Below, in pieces: positions 31,450-39,414 of a stretch of 64,000 bases of DNA. Every line of letters begins with the position of its first letter. Positions within the stretch are counted from its first letter, which is position 1. The translations under genes were made by a program, and so were the position numbers. The stretch lies in assembly GCA_040752575.1 (NCBI GenBank), contig JBFMGK010000003.1:32001-96000 (forward strand). Direction: 5' to 3'. Origin of the DNA: Candidatus Bipolaricaulota bacterium (GTDB lineage: Bacteria; Bipolaricaulota; Bipolaricaulia; UBA7950; UBA9294). A model generated the notes under the pieces. The model worked only from the letters and a program-made list of their open reading frames with translations, did no database searches and was not told where the DNA came from.

Positions 31450-33093
31450 ATGTATCCGACCATCTCGAAGCTGTTCGAGGACGCTACGCAAACGCATCGC
31501 GACCGCGTTGCGCTGCGGATGCCGATCCCGAAGGAACGCAAGAGCGGCCGCGGCGTTCAGCTTGTCCTTAACGAAGTGTCGTACGGCCGCCTCGGGGAAA
31601 TGGTGGGCCGATTGGCCGCCGCGCTGACAGAGCACGGGGTCGCACGAGGCGACCGCGTTGCGCTGATCTCCAAGCCGCGCACCGCGTGGGCGACCAGCTT
31701 CTTCGCCATCCTGCGCTGCGGCGCAACCGTCGTCCCGCTCGACCCCGAGCTGCAGAAGAACGAGATCGGACGGATCCTCGCCGAAGCTCAGGTGAAGGGC
31801 ATCGTGACCTCAGGGAGCAAGGCGGATGACCTCGTCGAGCTACGGAAGGAGGGTGTCCTCCCGTCGGCCTTCTTGGTCAGTATGGACCGCTCGAAGCACG
31901 AGGACGTGCTGTTTCTCGATGCCTTGCTGCTCGGCAAGACGCCGCTTCCGTTCGTCGAGGTGGATCCGCAGGACTTGGCGATCCTGATGTACACGTCGGG
32001 GACAACGGGAAACGCCAAGGGCGCCATGTTGAGCCATCGGAACATCGCGTCGAACGCCCTCGCCGCCGTCAAACTCGTCGACTTGTCGCCGGAGGATCGC
32101 TTCGTCTCCATCGTCCCGTGGAACCACATCTACGGGCTCACGATCACGCTCATCTGCCCGATCGTTACGGGCGCTTCGACAACCTATACGCCCGTCGACC
32201 GCAACCTCACGGACATCCTTCGCCGCGCGCGGCCGACGATCCTCCTCGGCGTGCCGAAGCTGTATAACGTTCTGTACGGGAGAATCCGCGAGTCGATCGA
32301 CAAGAGCGCCCTGAAGCGAGCGATCTTCAGGATGTCGCCCACCCTCATGGGACGCCTCGTCCGGAACAAGCTGTTCGGGCGCCAGTTCCGGTTCTTCACC
32401 TCGGGAGGAGCTCCCTTGAACCCCACCGCCGCCGCGGGCTTCCGCCATCTCGGGCTTGGAATCCTCGAAGGGTATGGCCTCACCGAGACCTCGCCCCTCC
32501 TCACGATGTGCGAAGCGTTCGACGAACTCCCCGGAATGCGGGCGATCGAGAACGTCGAGATCCGAATCGACCACCCCGACGACAACGGCGTCGGCGAGGT
32601 GGTCGCGCGAGGCCCGAACGTGATGGCCGGCTACTACAAGAATCCGGAGGCGACGGCCGAAGTCCTCGAGCAAAGCGGCTGGTTCCACACCGGCGATCTC
32701 GGCACCTACCAGGATGGGCGGCTCGTCCTCTGCGGCCGGGCCAAGAACGTTATCGTCCTCGAGACGGGCAAGAACGTCTATCCAGAGGAGATCGAGTGGG
32801 AGCTCGTGACCATCCCGGCGATCGACGAGGTTATGGTCTACGAGGGCGAGCGCCAAGGCGCGCCCAGCGTCTGCGCGCAGATCTACCCGAACTGGACATA
32901 CCTCAAGGCGCACGGGATCCAAGAGCCCGAAGCAGCTCTCGACGTCCTGTGGGATGCCGTGAAGGAGAAATGCGAGAATCTCGCGATGTTCAAGCGCATC
33001 AAATACAAGGAGTGCTTGACTCTGGTCGAGCAGCCGTTCGAGAAGAGCGTCAAGCTCGACATCAAGCGACACCTCTACAGATCGCCGCAGTGA
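31450..33093 (+). CDS. Long-chain acyl-CoA synthetase (AMP-binding enzyme)
   Basis: YTSGTTGNAKG, GYGLTE, FHTGDLG and GRAKNVIV...GKNVYPEEIE. Confidence 0.9.
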   Translation: MYPTISKLFEDATQTHRDRVALRMPIPKERKSGRGVQLVLNEVSYGRLGEMVGRLAAALTEHGVARGDRVALISKPRTAWATSFFAILRCGATVVPLDPELQKNEIGRILAEAQVKGIVTSGSKADDLVELRKEGVLPSAFLVSMDRSKHEDVLFLDALLLGKTPLPFVEVDPQDLAILMYTSGTTGNAKGAMLSHRNIASNALAAVKLVDLSPEDRFVSIVPWNHIYGLTITLICPIVTGASTTYTPVDRNLTDILRRARPTILLGVPKLYNVLYGRIRESIDKSALKRAIFRMSPTLMGRLVRNKLFGRQFRFFTSGGAPLNPTAAAGFRHLGLGILEGYGLTETSPLLTMCEAFDELPGMRAIENVEIRIDHPDDNGVGEVVARGPNVMAGYYKNPEATAEVLEQSGWFHTGDLGTYQDGRLVLCGRAKNVIVLETGKNVYPEEIEWELVTIPAIDEVMVYEGERQGAPSVCAQIYPNWTYLKAHGIQEPEAALDVLWDAVKEKCENLAMFKRIKYKECLTLVEQPFEKSVKLDIKRHLYRSPQ

Positions 33094-33107
33094 CCTAGGA
33101 GATCACC

Positions 33108-33139
33108 CGAGCGCGCCCCGCCTTCCTGGGGCGCGCTCG
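33108..33139. terminator. 12-bp GC hairpin between convergent genes
   Basis: CGAGCGCGCCCC-N8-GGGGCGCGCTCG between the acyl-CoA synthetase and rarA stops; no U-tract. Confidence 0.6.
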
Positions 33140-33144
33140 TCGGT

Positions 33145-34488
33145 CTACGGACGGTCCGGCGCCAAGGTTTCCTCCCGAGCCAGCGCGCGAAGTCGGCGCA
33201 GGCGCTCGCGGATCGCCGCCTCGCTTCCGTGCGACGTCGGCCGGTAGTAGTCGCGGTCGGACAACGCGGGCGGGAGACAGCTCATCGGCGCTACGCCGCT
33301 CTCGTAGTCGTGGGCATAGCGATATCCTGTCGAGAAGCCCAAGTCGCGCATCATCGCCGTCGGCGCGTTGCGGAGGTGAAGCGGCACCTCCTCGACAGGA
33401 CTCTCGGTCACATCGCGGCGCGCAGCGCCAAGGCCTGTGTAGAGCGCATTGCTCTTCGGAGCGACCGAGAGGTACACGGCAGCTTGGGCCAGCGCGAGGT
33501 CGCACTCGGGGAGCCCCATGACCTCGACAGCCTTCCACGCGGCGACGGCCTGCTCGATGCCGCGCGGATCGGCCAACCCGACGTCCTCCGAGGCGATGCG
33601 GAGCAGGCGTCGCGCGATGAACCGCGCGTCCTCGCCTCCCTCCAACATTCGCGCAAGCCAATACAGTGCAGCATCGGGGTCGGAGTTGCGGATCGACTTA
33701 TGAAGCGCCGAGATCAGGTTGTAGTGCTCGTCGCCCACTCGATCGTAGCGGAAGCCCTTCCGCTGGACGGCTCGCGAAACGGTGTCTTCGTCGATCTTCG
33801 CACCGCTGGCGATCGAGGCCGAGAGATCAAGCGCCGTCAGAGCGCGACGCGCGTCGCCGTCCGCGGCGGCCAACAAGAGCTGCCGCGCCTTCTCGGTCAG
33901 TGTGTACGCGCCGGCGAGTCCGCGTTCGTCACCGAGGGCCCGCTGGATGAGCGTCTCGAGGTCCGCCTCGTCGAGCGGCTCGAACGGAAAGAGCTGGCTG
34001 CGCGACAACAGCGCCGACGTCAGGGCAAACGACGGGTTTTCCGTCGTCGCGCCGACGAACATCACGCTTCCCTCCTCAAGATACGAGAGGAGCACGTCCT
34101 GCTGCGCGCGATTGAACCGGTGGATCTCGTCGAGGAAGAGAAGATCGGGCCGGCCGCCGGAACGCCACCGAACGCGGGAGGCCTCCAACACCGCGCGCAC
34201 GTCACGAACGCCGGCGAGCGCCGCCGAGAGGTGGACGAACCGCGCCCCCGAGCGCTCCGAGAGGATGCGCCCGACGGTTGTCTTGCCCGTTCCCGGCGGC
34301 CCCCAGAAGAGAAACGCGCGACACATTCCCTTCTCGATCGCCGCGCGCAACGGGCCGTCCTTGCCCAGGAGCTTCCTCTGACCCGCGACCTCGTCGAGGG
34401 ATCGTGGCCGCATCCGTTCGGCGAGGGGGCGCTCTCCGGTCGAACCCGGTTCGCCCATGGAAGTCTCCGGCTCGAACAACGAGGCCAT
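33145..34488 (-). CDS. rarA: Replication-associated recombination protein A (MgsA/RarA)
   Basis: PLAERMRP, GPPGTGKTT, DEIHRFN, GATTENP, ISALHKSIR and ASEDVGLAD. Confidence 0.96.
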   Translation of the reverse strand: MASLFEPETSMGEPGSTGERPLAERMRPRSLDEVAGQRKLLGKDGPLRAAIEKGMCRAFLFWGPPGTGKTTVGRILSERSGARFVHLSAALAGVRDVRAVLEASRVRWRSGGRPDLLFLDEIHRFNRAQQDVLLSYLEEGSVMFVGATTENPSFALTSALLSRSQLFPFEPLDEADLETLIQRALGDERGLAGAYTLTEKARQLLLAAADGDARRALTALDLSASIASGAKIDEDTVSRAVQRKGFRYDRVGDEHYNLISALHKSIRNSDPDAALYWLARMLEGGEDARFIARRLLRIASEDVGLADPRGIEQAVAAWKAVEVMGLPECDLALAQAAVYLSVAPKSNALYTGLGAARRDVTESPVEEVPLHLRNAPTAMMRDLGFSTGYRYAHDYESGVAPMSCLPPALSDRDYYRPTSHGSEAAIRERLRRLRALAREETLAPDRP

Positions 34489-34588
34489 GATGCGATCGTA
34501 GTCGTTCCGGCCTTGCGCTCCAAGGCCGTTTGCGCAACGCCCACATCGGCCGACGTGTCGCCGGAACCCGCTTCCATGCGGCGTTGTC

Positions 34589-34618
34589 TTGACAGCGCGT
34601 CAAGGTCTCCCATACCAT
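34589..34618 (+). promoter_or_regulatory. Sigma70-type promoter for the tRNA-Lys pair
   Basis: TTGACA-N18-TACCAT, 8 nt upstream of tRNA-Lys. Confidence 0.65.
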
Positions 34619-34626
34619 CGGCACGC

Positions 34627-34698
34627 GGGTCGTTAGCTCAATGGTAGAGCAGCGGACTCTTAATCCGTTGGTTGGAGGTTCGAGCCCTCTACGGCCCA
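34627..34698 (+). tRNA. tRNA-Lys(CTT)
   Basis: Cloverleaf; GCGGA-CTCTTAA-TCCGT anticodon arm; no encoded CCA. Confidence 0.94.
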
Positions 34699-34717
34699 CA
34701 GCTCGAGCGAGAGGGGC

Positions 34718-34791
34718 GGGTCGTTAGCTCAGCCGGTTAGAGCACCTGACTTTTAATCAGGGGGTCGCTGGTTCGAGTCCAGCACGACCCA
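34718..34791 (+). tRNA. tRNA-Lys(TTT)
   Basis: Cloverleaf; CCTGA-CTTTTAA-TCAGG anticodon arm; no encoded CCA. Confidence 0.95.
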
Positions 34792-34797
34792 TTGTTG

Positions 34798-34826
34798 TTG
34801 GAACGGTGCCTCGCCGAGCCTATAAT
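34798..34826 (+). promoter_or_regulatory. Sigma70-type promoter upstream of tRNA-Glu
   Basis: TTGGAA-N17-TATAAT. Confidence 0.65.
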
Positions 34827-34837
34827 CCGGCGCGTTG

Positions 34838-34913
34838 GTCCCCATCATCTAGTGGCCCAGGATACCGGGTTTTCATCCCGGCGACAGGGGTTCAAATCCC
34901 CTTGGGGACGCCA
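34838..34913 (+). tRNA. tRNA-Glu(TTC)
   Basis: GTCCCCA/TGGGGAC acceptor stem; CCGGG-TTTTCAT-CCCGG anticodon arm; CCA is encoded. Confidence 0.94.
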
Positions 34914-34951
34914 GGGCGAGTCCTTGCGAGCGTGCAGGCTCTCGCTATAAT

Positions 34952-35024
34952 GGGCGAGTAGCTCAGCTGGGAGAGCATCCGGCTTACATCCGGAAGGTCG
35001 CAGGTTCGAGTCCTGTCTTGCCCA
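34952..35024 (+). tRNA. tRNA-Val(TAC)
   Basis: TCCGG-CTTACAT-CCGGA anticodon arm; GTTCGAG T-loop; no encoded CCA. Confidence 0.93.
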
Positions 35025-35036
35025 GAGAGCACCCAC

Positions 35037-35112
35037 GGGGGCGTGGTCTAGTCAGGTCTATGACGCTGGATTGTCACTCCAGAGATCGCCGGTTCAAATC
35101 CGGTCGTCCCCG
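35037..35112 (+). tRNA. tRNA-Asp(GTC)
   Basis: CTGGA-TTGTCAC-TCCAG anticodon arm; G73 discriminator; no encoded CCA. Confidence 0.93.
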
Positions 35113-35121
35113 CTCGTTCGT

Positions 35122-35197
35122 GCCGAGGTAGCTCAGTTGGTAGAGCACGGCCCTGAAAAGGCCGGTGTCCCCAGTTCGAGTCTGGGCCTCGGCACCA
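35122..35197 (+). tRNA. tRNA-Phe(GAA)
   Basis: GCCGAGG/CCTCGGC acceptor stem; CGGCC-CTGAAAA-GGCCG anticodon arm; CCA is encoded. Confidence 0.95.
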
Positions 35198-35345
35198 TCT
35201 CTTGTCGGACTTTCCCCGCAGAGTGCCGCAACGCTCCTTCTTGAGCACGCTAGCGATCCAACTCCGTAGGGATGAGCGCTCTCGGCGCACCACGCGATAA
35301 TACCCTTCACTACGTCGCTCCAGCTTCTTCGGCAGGGCATCGATC

Positions 35346-35542
35346 TGGGGATAACTCTGTGGACAAGCATGTCGAAACGGCACCGATTGCCCTCTTCCCT
35401 GTGGATAAGTCCCTGAGGTCCACCGGCGGCGCTCCCTCGGAAGCGTCGTGAAGCACGCCGTTCGGCCGGATGTCCCCACGTTGTCCCCATGAGGAGGGGG
35501 AAGGTAAACTCGTTCCAAAGAGCGTTTCAGAGCTTATCCACA
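35346..35542. other. DnaA-box cluster upstream of dnaA (oriC part 1 or dnaA autoregulatory region)
   Basis: TGGGGATAA 35346, TGTGGACAA 35358, perfect TGTGGATAA 35400, ATGTCCCCA 35470, TTGTCCCCA 35481 and perfect TTATCCACA 35534. Confidence 0.85.
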
Positions 35543-35773
35543 GCCGCAGAAGCCGCCGCACGTTGGTGCGGGCTGGCGCCGGTCCCCAACGCGGAGACGA
35601 GGCCGTCTGCGACACGTGTCCATCAGGGAACTGCGACACGCGGCACTGCGCCGCAGGACGTGCTTCGCGACGCGACTCGGGGCGTCGTGATCCTGCGGGG
35701 GGGCCGGCAACGCCCCCTTGACCGCGCCGCGCCGGCCGCGCTACGCTCCTCCGCACTGTAGGGAGGCGGCTCG

Positions 35774-37126
35774 GTGGGCGATCATCCTGTTGCTGTCTGG
35801 GATTCCGTTCTTTCCGGTCTTCGCGAAGAGATCTCGTCATCGACCTTCGAGACGTGGTTCTCCGACGTGCGTCCGCTCGATGTGGAAGAGGGCGCGCTCG
35901 TTCTCGGGGTCAGCGATCCGTTCAAGAAGGGCGGCATCGAGAGGCGCTTTCGCGAGACGATCGAAGCCCTTGCGACCACAACCTGTCGGCGCCCGATGAC
36001 GTTGGAAGTCCGTGTCGTCGACCAAGCGCAGGGTTCCGGCTTGCCGGCTCTACGCCTCACGCAGGGTCCGGTGGATGCTGCGGGAAGTCTGCCGCTCAAT
36101 CCGGACTACACGTTCGCTGCCTTCGTCCGCGGCGAGAACAATCGCCTTGCCGTAGCGGCCTCCGAGGCGACGGCCGAAGCCGTGGCCCGCGGGGAGGGAA
36201 AACCCTACAACCCGTTGTTCATCTATGGGAGCGTTGGACTCGGGAAGACGCATCTTCTTCAAGCGATTGGTAACCACGTCGCGGAAGATCCGTTGCGCCG
36301 CGTCGTCTATACGACGTCGGAGCGGTTTGCCATCGAGTTGATCAACGCGATTCGCAACAACGCTACGGCCGGGTTCCGCGAGACCTACCGCAAGGTGGAC
36401 TTGCTCCTCATCGACGACGTCCACTTCCTCAAGGGCAAAGAGGCGACCCAAGAGGAGCTGTTTCACACATTCAACGACCTTCACGGCAGCAAGAAGCAGA
36501 TCGTCCTGTCGAGCGACCGCCCGCCTGAGGATCTGTCCGGTCTCCAGGATCGCCTCGTGTCCCGCTTCAAGTGGGGTCTAGAAGCGGACATTCAGCCCCC
36601 CGATTTCGAAACGCGCATGGCCATCTTGCGCGAGAAAGCTTCGGGACGCGGCCTCGACGTTCAGCACGACGTGCTGGAACTCATCGCGCGGCGCATCTCC
36701 TCTAACGTTCGGGCGCTCGAAGGCGCGTTGGTCAAGGCGATGGCCTACGCAGAGCTTCAGGGCGCGCAACTCACGTCGCGGGAACTCGAAGGCATCCTGC
36801 CCAAAGAGGGCCGTCGCCCCCGCCTCACGGTGGGCCATATCAAAGACGAGGTCGCCAATCGCTATCAGGTCTCGCGAGCGGACCTCGAAGGCGCCAGCCG
36901 CAAGAAGGAGATTGCTCAAGCGCGGCAGATTGCGATCTACCTTGCGCGCGAGTTGACCGAGCTCTCGTTCCCTTCTATCGGAAACGAGTTCGGCGGGCGC
37001 GACCACACGACGGTCATGCACTCGTACTCGAAGATCAAGTTGCTTGTTGCCGAAGCCCCTCTTCTGTTCGCAGAGATTGCCGATCTTCAGGAGTCGTTGG
37101 GTTCGCGATACTCGCTCGTCCGCTAG
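35774..37126 (+). CDS. dnaA: Chromosomal replication initiator DnaA
   Basis: TFETWF, YNPLFIYGSVGLGKTHL, LLIDDVHF, RLVSRF and GGRDHTTV. Confidence 0.98.
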   Translation: MGDHPVAVWDSVLSGLREEISSSTFETWFSDVRPLDVEEGALVLGVSDPFKKGGIERRFRETIEALATTTCRRPMTLEVRVVDQAQGSGLPALRLTQGPVDAAGSLPLNPDYTFAAFVRGENNRLAVAASEATAEAVARGEGKPYNPLFIYGSVGLGKTHLLQAIGNHVAEDPLRRVVYTTSERFAIELINAIRNNATAGFRETYRKVDLLLIDDVHFLKGKEATQEELFHTFNDLHGSKKQIVLSSDRPPEDLSGLQDRLVSRFKWGLEADIQPPDFETRMAILREKASGRGLDVQHDVLELIARRISSNVRALEGALVKAMAYAELQGAQLTSRELEGILPKEGRRPRLTVGHIKDEVANRYQVSRADLEGASRKKEIAQARQIAIYLARELTELSFPSIGNEFGGRDHTTVMHSYSKIKLLVAEAPLLFAEIADLQESLGSRYSLVR

Positions 37127-37151
37127 CGCGGGCGTTTCCTGTTCACCCGGC

Positions 37152-37340
37152 TGTGGACGCTGCGGGGACAAACTGGGAAGCGAAAGGCCGCTGCGTCTTG
37201 TCCCCAACCGCCTCCACAGGTTCGAGCCTCTTGCGGGCACGTTGTCCCCACGATACCGCAACAGACAAGGCACTCGACATCGCGCGTTGGCCGGTTTTCC
37301 TCCGAAATCCGAGGCGCTACAACTACAGCCTTGTTATCTG
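37152..37340. other. Degenerate DnaA boxes plus DnaA-trio-like element downstream of dnaA (oriC part 2)
   Basis: CGGGGACAA 37163, TTGTCCCCA 37198 and 37242, then ...AAATCCGAGGCG-CTACAACTACAG at about 37305-37328. Confidence 0.6.
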
Positions 37341-37445
37341 GAAAGAGGTCTCTCCTTCAGTCGTTGAACGCGTCGGGGCTCAGGAAGCCATCTCGTTTGG
37401 CGTTCCCGTTGAAGCAAGCGCGCAAGAGATCTACAATCGGCCGTC

Positions 37446-37991
37446 ATGGAACGCGTCCGGAACACAACCATCCTTGCCCTCCACTCTCCGGAGGAGCGGC
37501 GCGCCGTTCTGGCCAGCGACGGCCAAGCCACGTTTGAGACGACGATCATCAAGCAGAACACGCGAAAGGTCTACCGACTGCACGACGACCGCGTGATCGT
37601 CGGTTTCGCCGGGGCGACGGCCGATTGCCTTGCGCTCCTCGACAAGTTCGAGGGCAAGCTCAAGAAGTACGACGGAAAGTTGCGCCGCTCGGCCGTCGAA
37701 CTGACGAAGGAGTGGCGAACCGACCGCATCCTGCGCCACCTCGAAGCCGTGATGCTTACGGTGAGCGAAGAGGGTTTGTTGATGATCTCCGGCGTTGGCG
37801 ACGTGCTGGAGCCGGATGGGGGCGTCATGGGGATCGGCTCGGGGGGCCCGTATGCCCTCGCGGCGGCCACGGCATTCCTCTCTACGCGTTCAATGCCGAT
37901 GGACGAGATCGCCCGGCGATCGCTCGAGATCGCGGCCCAAATCGACATTTACACCAACGATCGGATTGTCGTTGAGACATTGTCTTGGTGA
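37446..37991 (+). CDS. hslV: ATP-dependent protease subunit HslV
   Basis: TTIL..., DGQAT, GFAGATAD, WRTDR.LR.LEA, GSGGPYA and IYTND; 6-aa propeptide before the catalytic Thr. Confidence 0.96.
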   Translation: MERVRNTTILALHSPEERRAVLASDGQATFETTIIKQNTRKVYRLHDDRVIVGFAGATADCLALLDKFEGKLKKYDGKLRRSAVELTKEWRTDRILRHLEAVMLTVSEEGLLMISGVGDVLEPDGGVMGIGSGGPYALAAATAFLSTRSMPMDEIARRSLEIAAQIDIYTNDRIVVETLSW

Positions 37992-37999
37992 GACGACAG

Positions 38000-39370
38000 A
38001 TGAGTGAACTGCGCGAAGTCGAAGACGAACAGACGATGGTCGGGTTGACTCCGCAAGAGGTGGTCGACGAACTCGACAAGTACATCGTCGGGCAGGTGGC
38101 CGCCAAACGGGCGGTCGCCATCGCCCTTCGCAACCGCCTCCGCTGTCAGTACGTCGACGAAGAGATGCGGTTCGAGATTAAGCCCAAGAACATCCTGATG
38201 ATCGGCCCGACAGGGGTCGGGAAGACCGAGATCTCTCGGCGGCTGGCCCGACTGACGACGTGCCCGTTCGTGAAGGTCGAGGCCACGAAGTTCACGGAAG
38301 TCGGCTACGTCGGACGCGACGTCGAGACCATGGTGCGGGACCTCGTGGACATTGCTGTCGACATGATCCGCGAGGAGGAGATCGACGGCGTTGAAGATGA
38401 AGCGGAGCGGATGGTCACCGACGAGATTCTGGCGGCTCTGCTTCCCCCGGCGCCCGAAAGCGACGCAGAGAGCCAAGAGGGGGCCGACCGAACGCGCGAA
38501 AAGCTTCGCGCCAAACTCGAAGCCGGCGAGCTCGAGGAGCGCTACATCGAGATCACCGTCGAGGAGGCTGTCCTTCCGCAGATCGAGGTGTTCTCCCAGG
38601 ACGGGATGGACCAGATGGGCATCGACATGGGCGATGTCCTCTCGGGTCTTCTCCCGCCCTCGAGGAAGAAGAAAAAGGTCCGCATTCGCGATGCGCGCGG
38701 CATTCTGTTCGAGCAGGTCGTCGACCGATTGGTCAACATGGATGAGGTCCGCCAGGAGGGACTGCGGCTTGCCGAGGAGATGGGGATCATCTTCATCGAC
38801 GAGATCGACAAGATCGCTGCGGGCGGGCGGGAAGAGCAGGGTGGACCCGGCGTGTCGCGACAAGGCGTGCAGCGCGATCTTCTTCCGTATCTCGAGGGAA
38901 CCACGGTGCGGACGCGCTACGGGGCCGTGAGCACCGAGAACATCCTGTTCATCGCCGCGGGTGCGTTCAACATGTCGAAGCCGTCGGACCTGATCCCGGA
39001 GCTTCAGGGTCGCCTTCCCATTCGCGTCGAGTTGGACAGCCTCAGCGCGGGGGACTTCCGTCGCATCCTTACAGAGCCCAAAGACGCGTTGATCTCCCAG
39101 TACAAGGCGCTCCTGGGGACCGAGGGCGTAACGCTGGAGTTCGAGCCCAAGGCTGTCGATGCCATTGCCGCGATGGCCTATGAGCTCAACCAAACCACGG
39201 AGAACATCGGGGCGCGGCGCCTGACGACGGTCATGGAGAAGCTTATGGAAGAGATCTCGTTCGATGCCGACCGCCGCGGCGGCGAGACTATCGTCATCGA
39301 TGAAGCCTACGTAGCCGAACGACTGGCCGGGATTGCGGCAGACCCGAATCTGTCGCGCTACATCTTGTAG
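38000..39370 (+). CDS. hslU: ATP-dependent protease ATPase subunit HslU
   Basis: PKNILMIGPTGVGKTEI, KFTEVGYVG, IFIDEIDKI, GVQRDLLP and C-terminal LSRYIL. Confidence 0.97.
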   Translation: MSELREVEDEQTMVGLTPQEVVDELDKYIVGQVAAKRAVAIALRNRLRCQYVDEEMRFEIKPKNILMIGPTGVGKTEISRRLARLTTCPFVKVEATKFTEVGYVGRDVETMVRDLVDIAVDMIREEEIDGVEDEAERMVTDEILAALLPPAPESDAESQEGADRTREKLRAKLEAGELEERYIEITVEEAVLPQIEVFSQDGMDQMGIDMGDVLSGLLPPSRKKKKVRIRDARGILFEQVVDRLVNMDEVRQEGLRLAEEMGIIFIDEIDKIAAGGREEQGGPGVSRQGVQRDLLPYLEGTTVRTRYGAVSTENILFIAAGAFNMSKPSDLIPELQGRLPIRVELDSLSAGDFRRILTEPKDALISQYKALLGTEGVTLEFEPKAVDAIAAMAYELNQTTENIGARRLTTVMEKLMEEISFDADRRGGETIVIDEAYVAERLAGIAADPNLSRYIL

Positions 39371-39414
39371 GCGGATTCCTCGGGCGCCTACGGAGCGGTA
39401 CGAAGGAGGCGGGG

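Noticed and set aside
35198..35345. Possible integrase remnant or att site after tRNA-Phe
   Set aside because: I found no duplicated tRNA 3' end and no integrase motif.
35545..35770. rpmH divergent from dnaA
   Set aside because: No MKRT-like basic ORF was found on the minus strand.
37446..37470. HslV N-terminal extension before the catalytic Thr
   Set aside because: Short propeptides are already known in HslV/CodW homologs, so it is not unusual.
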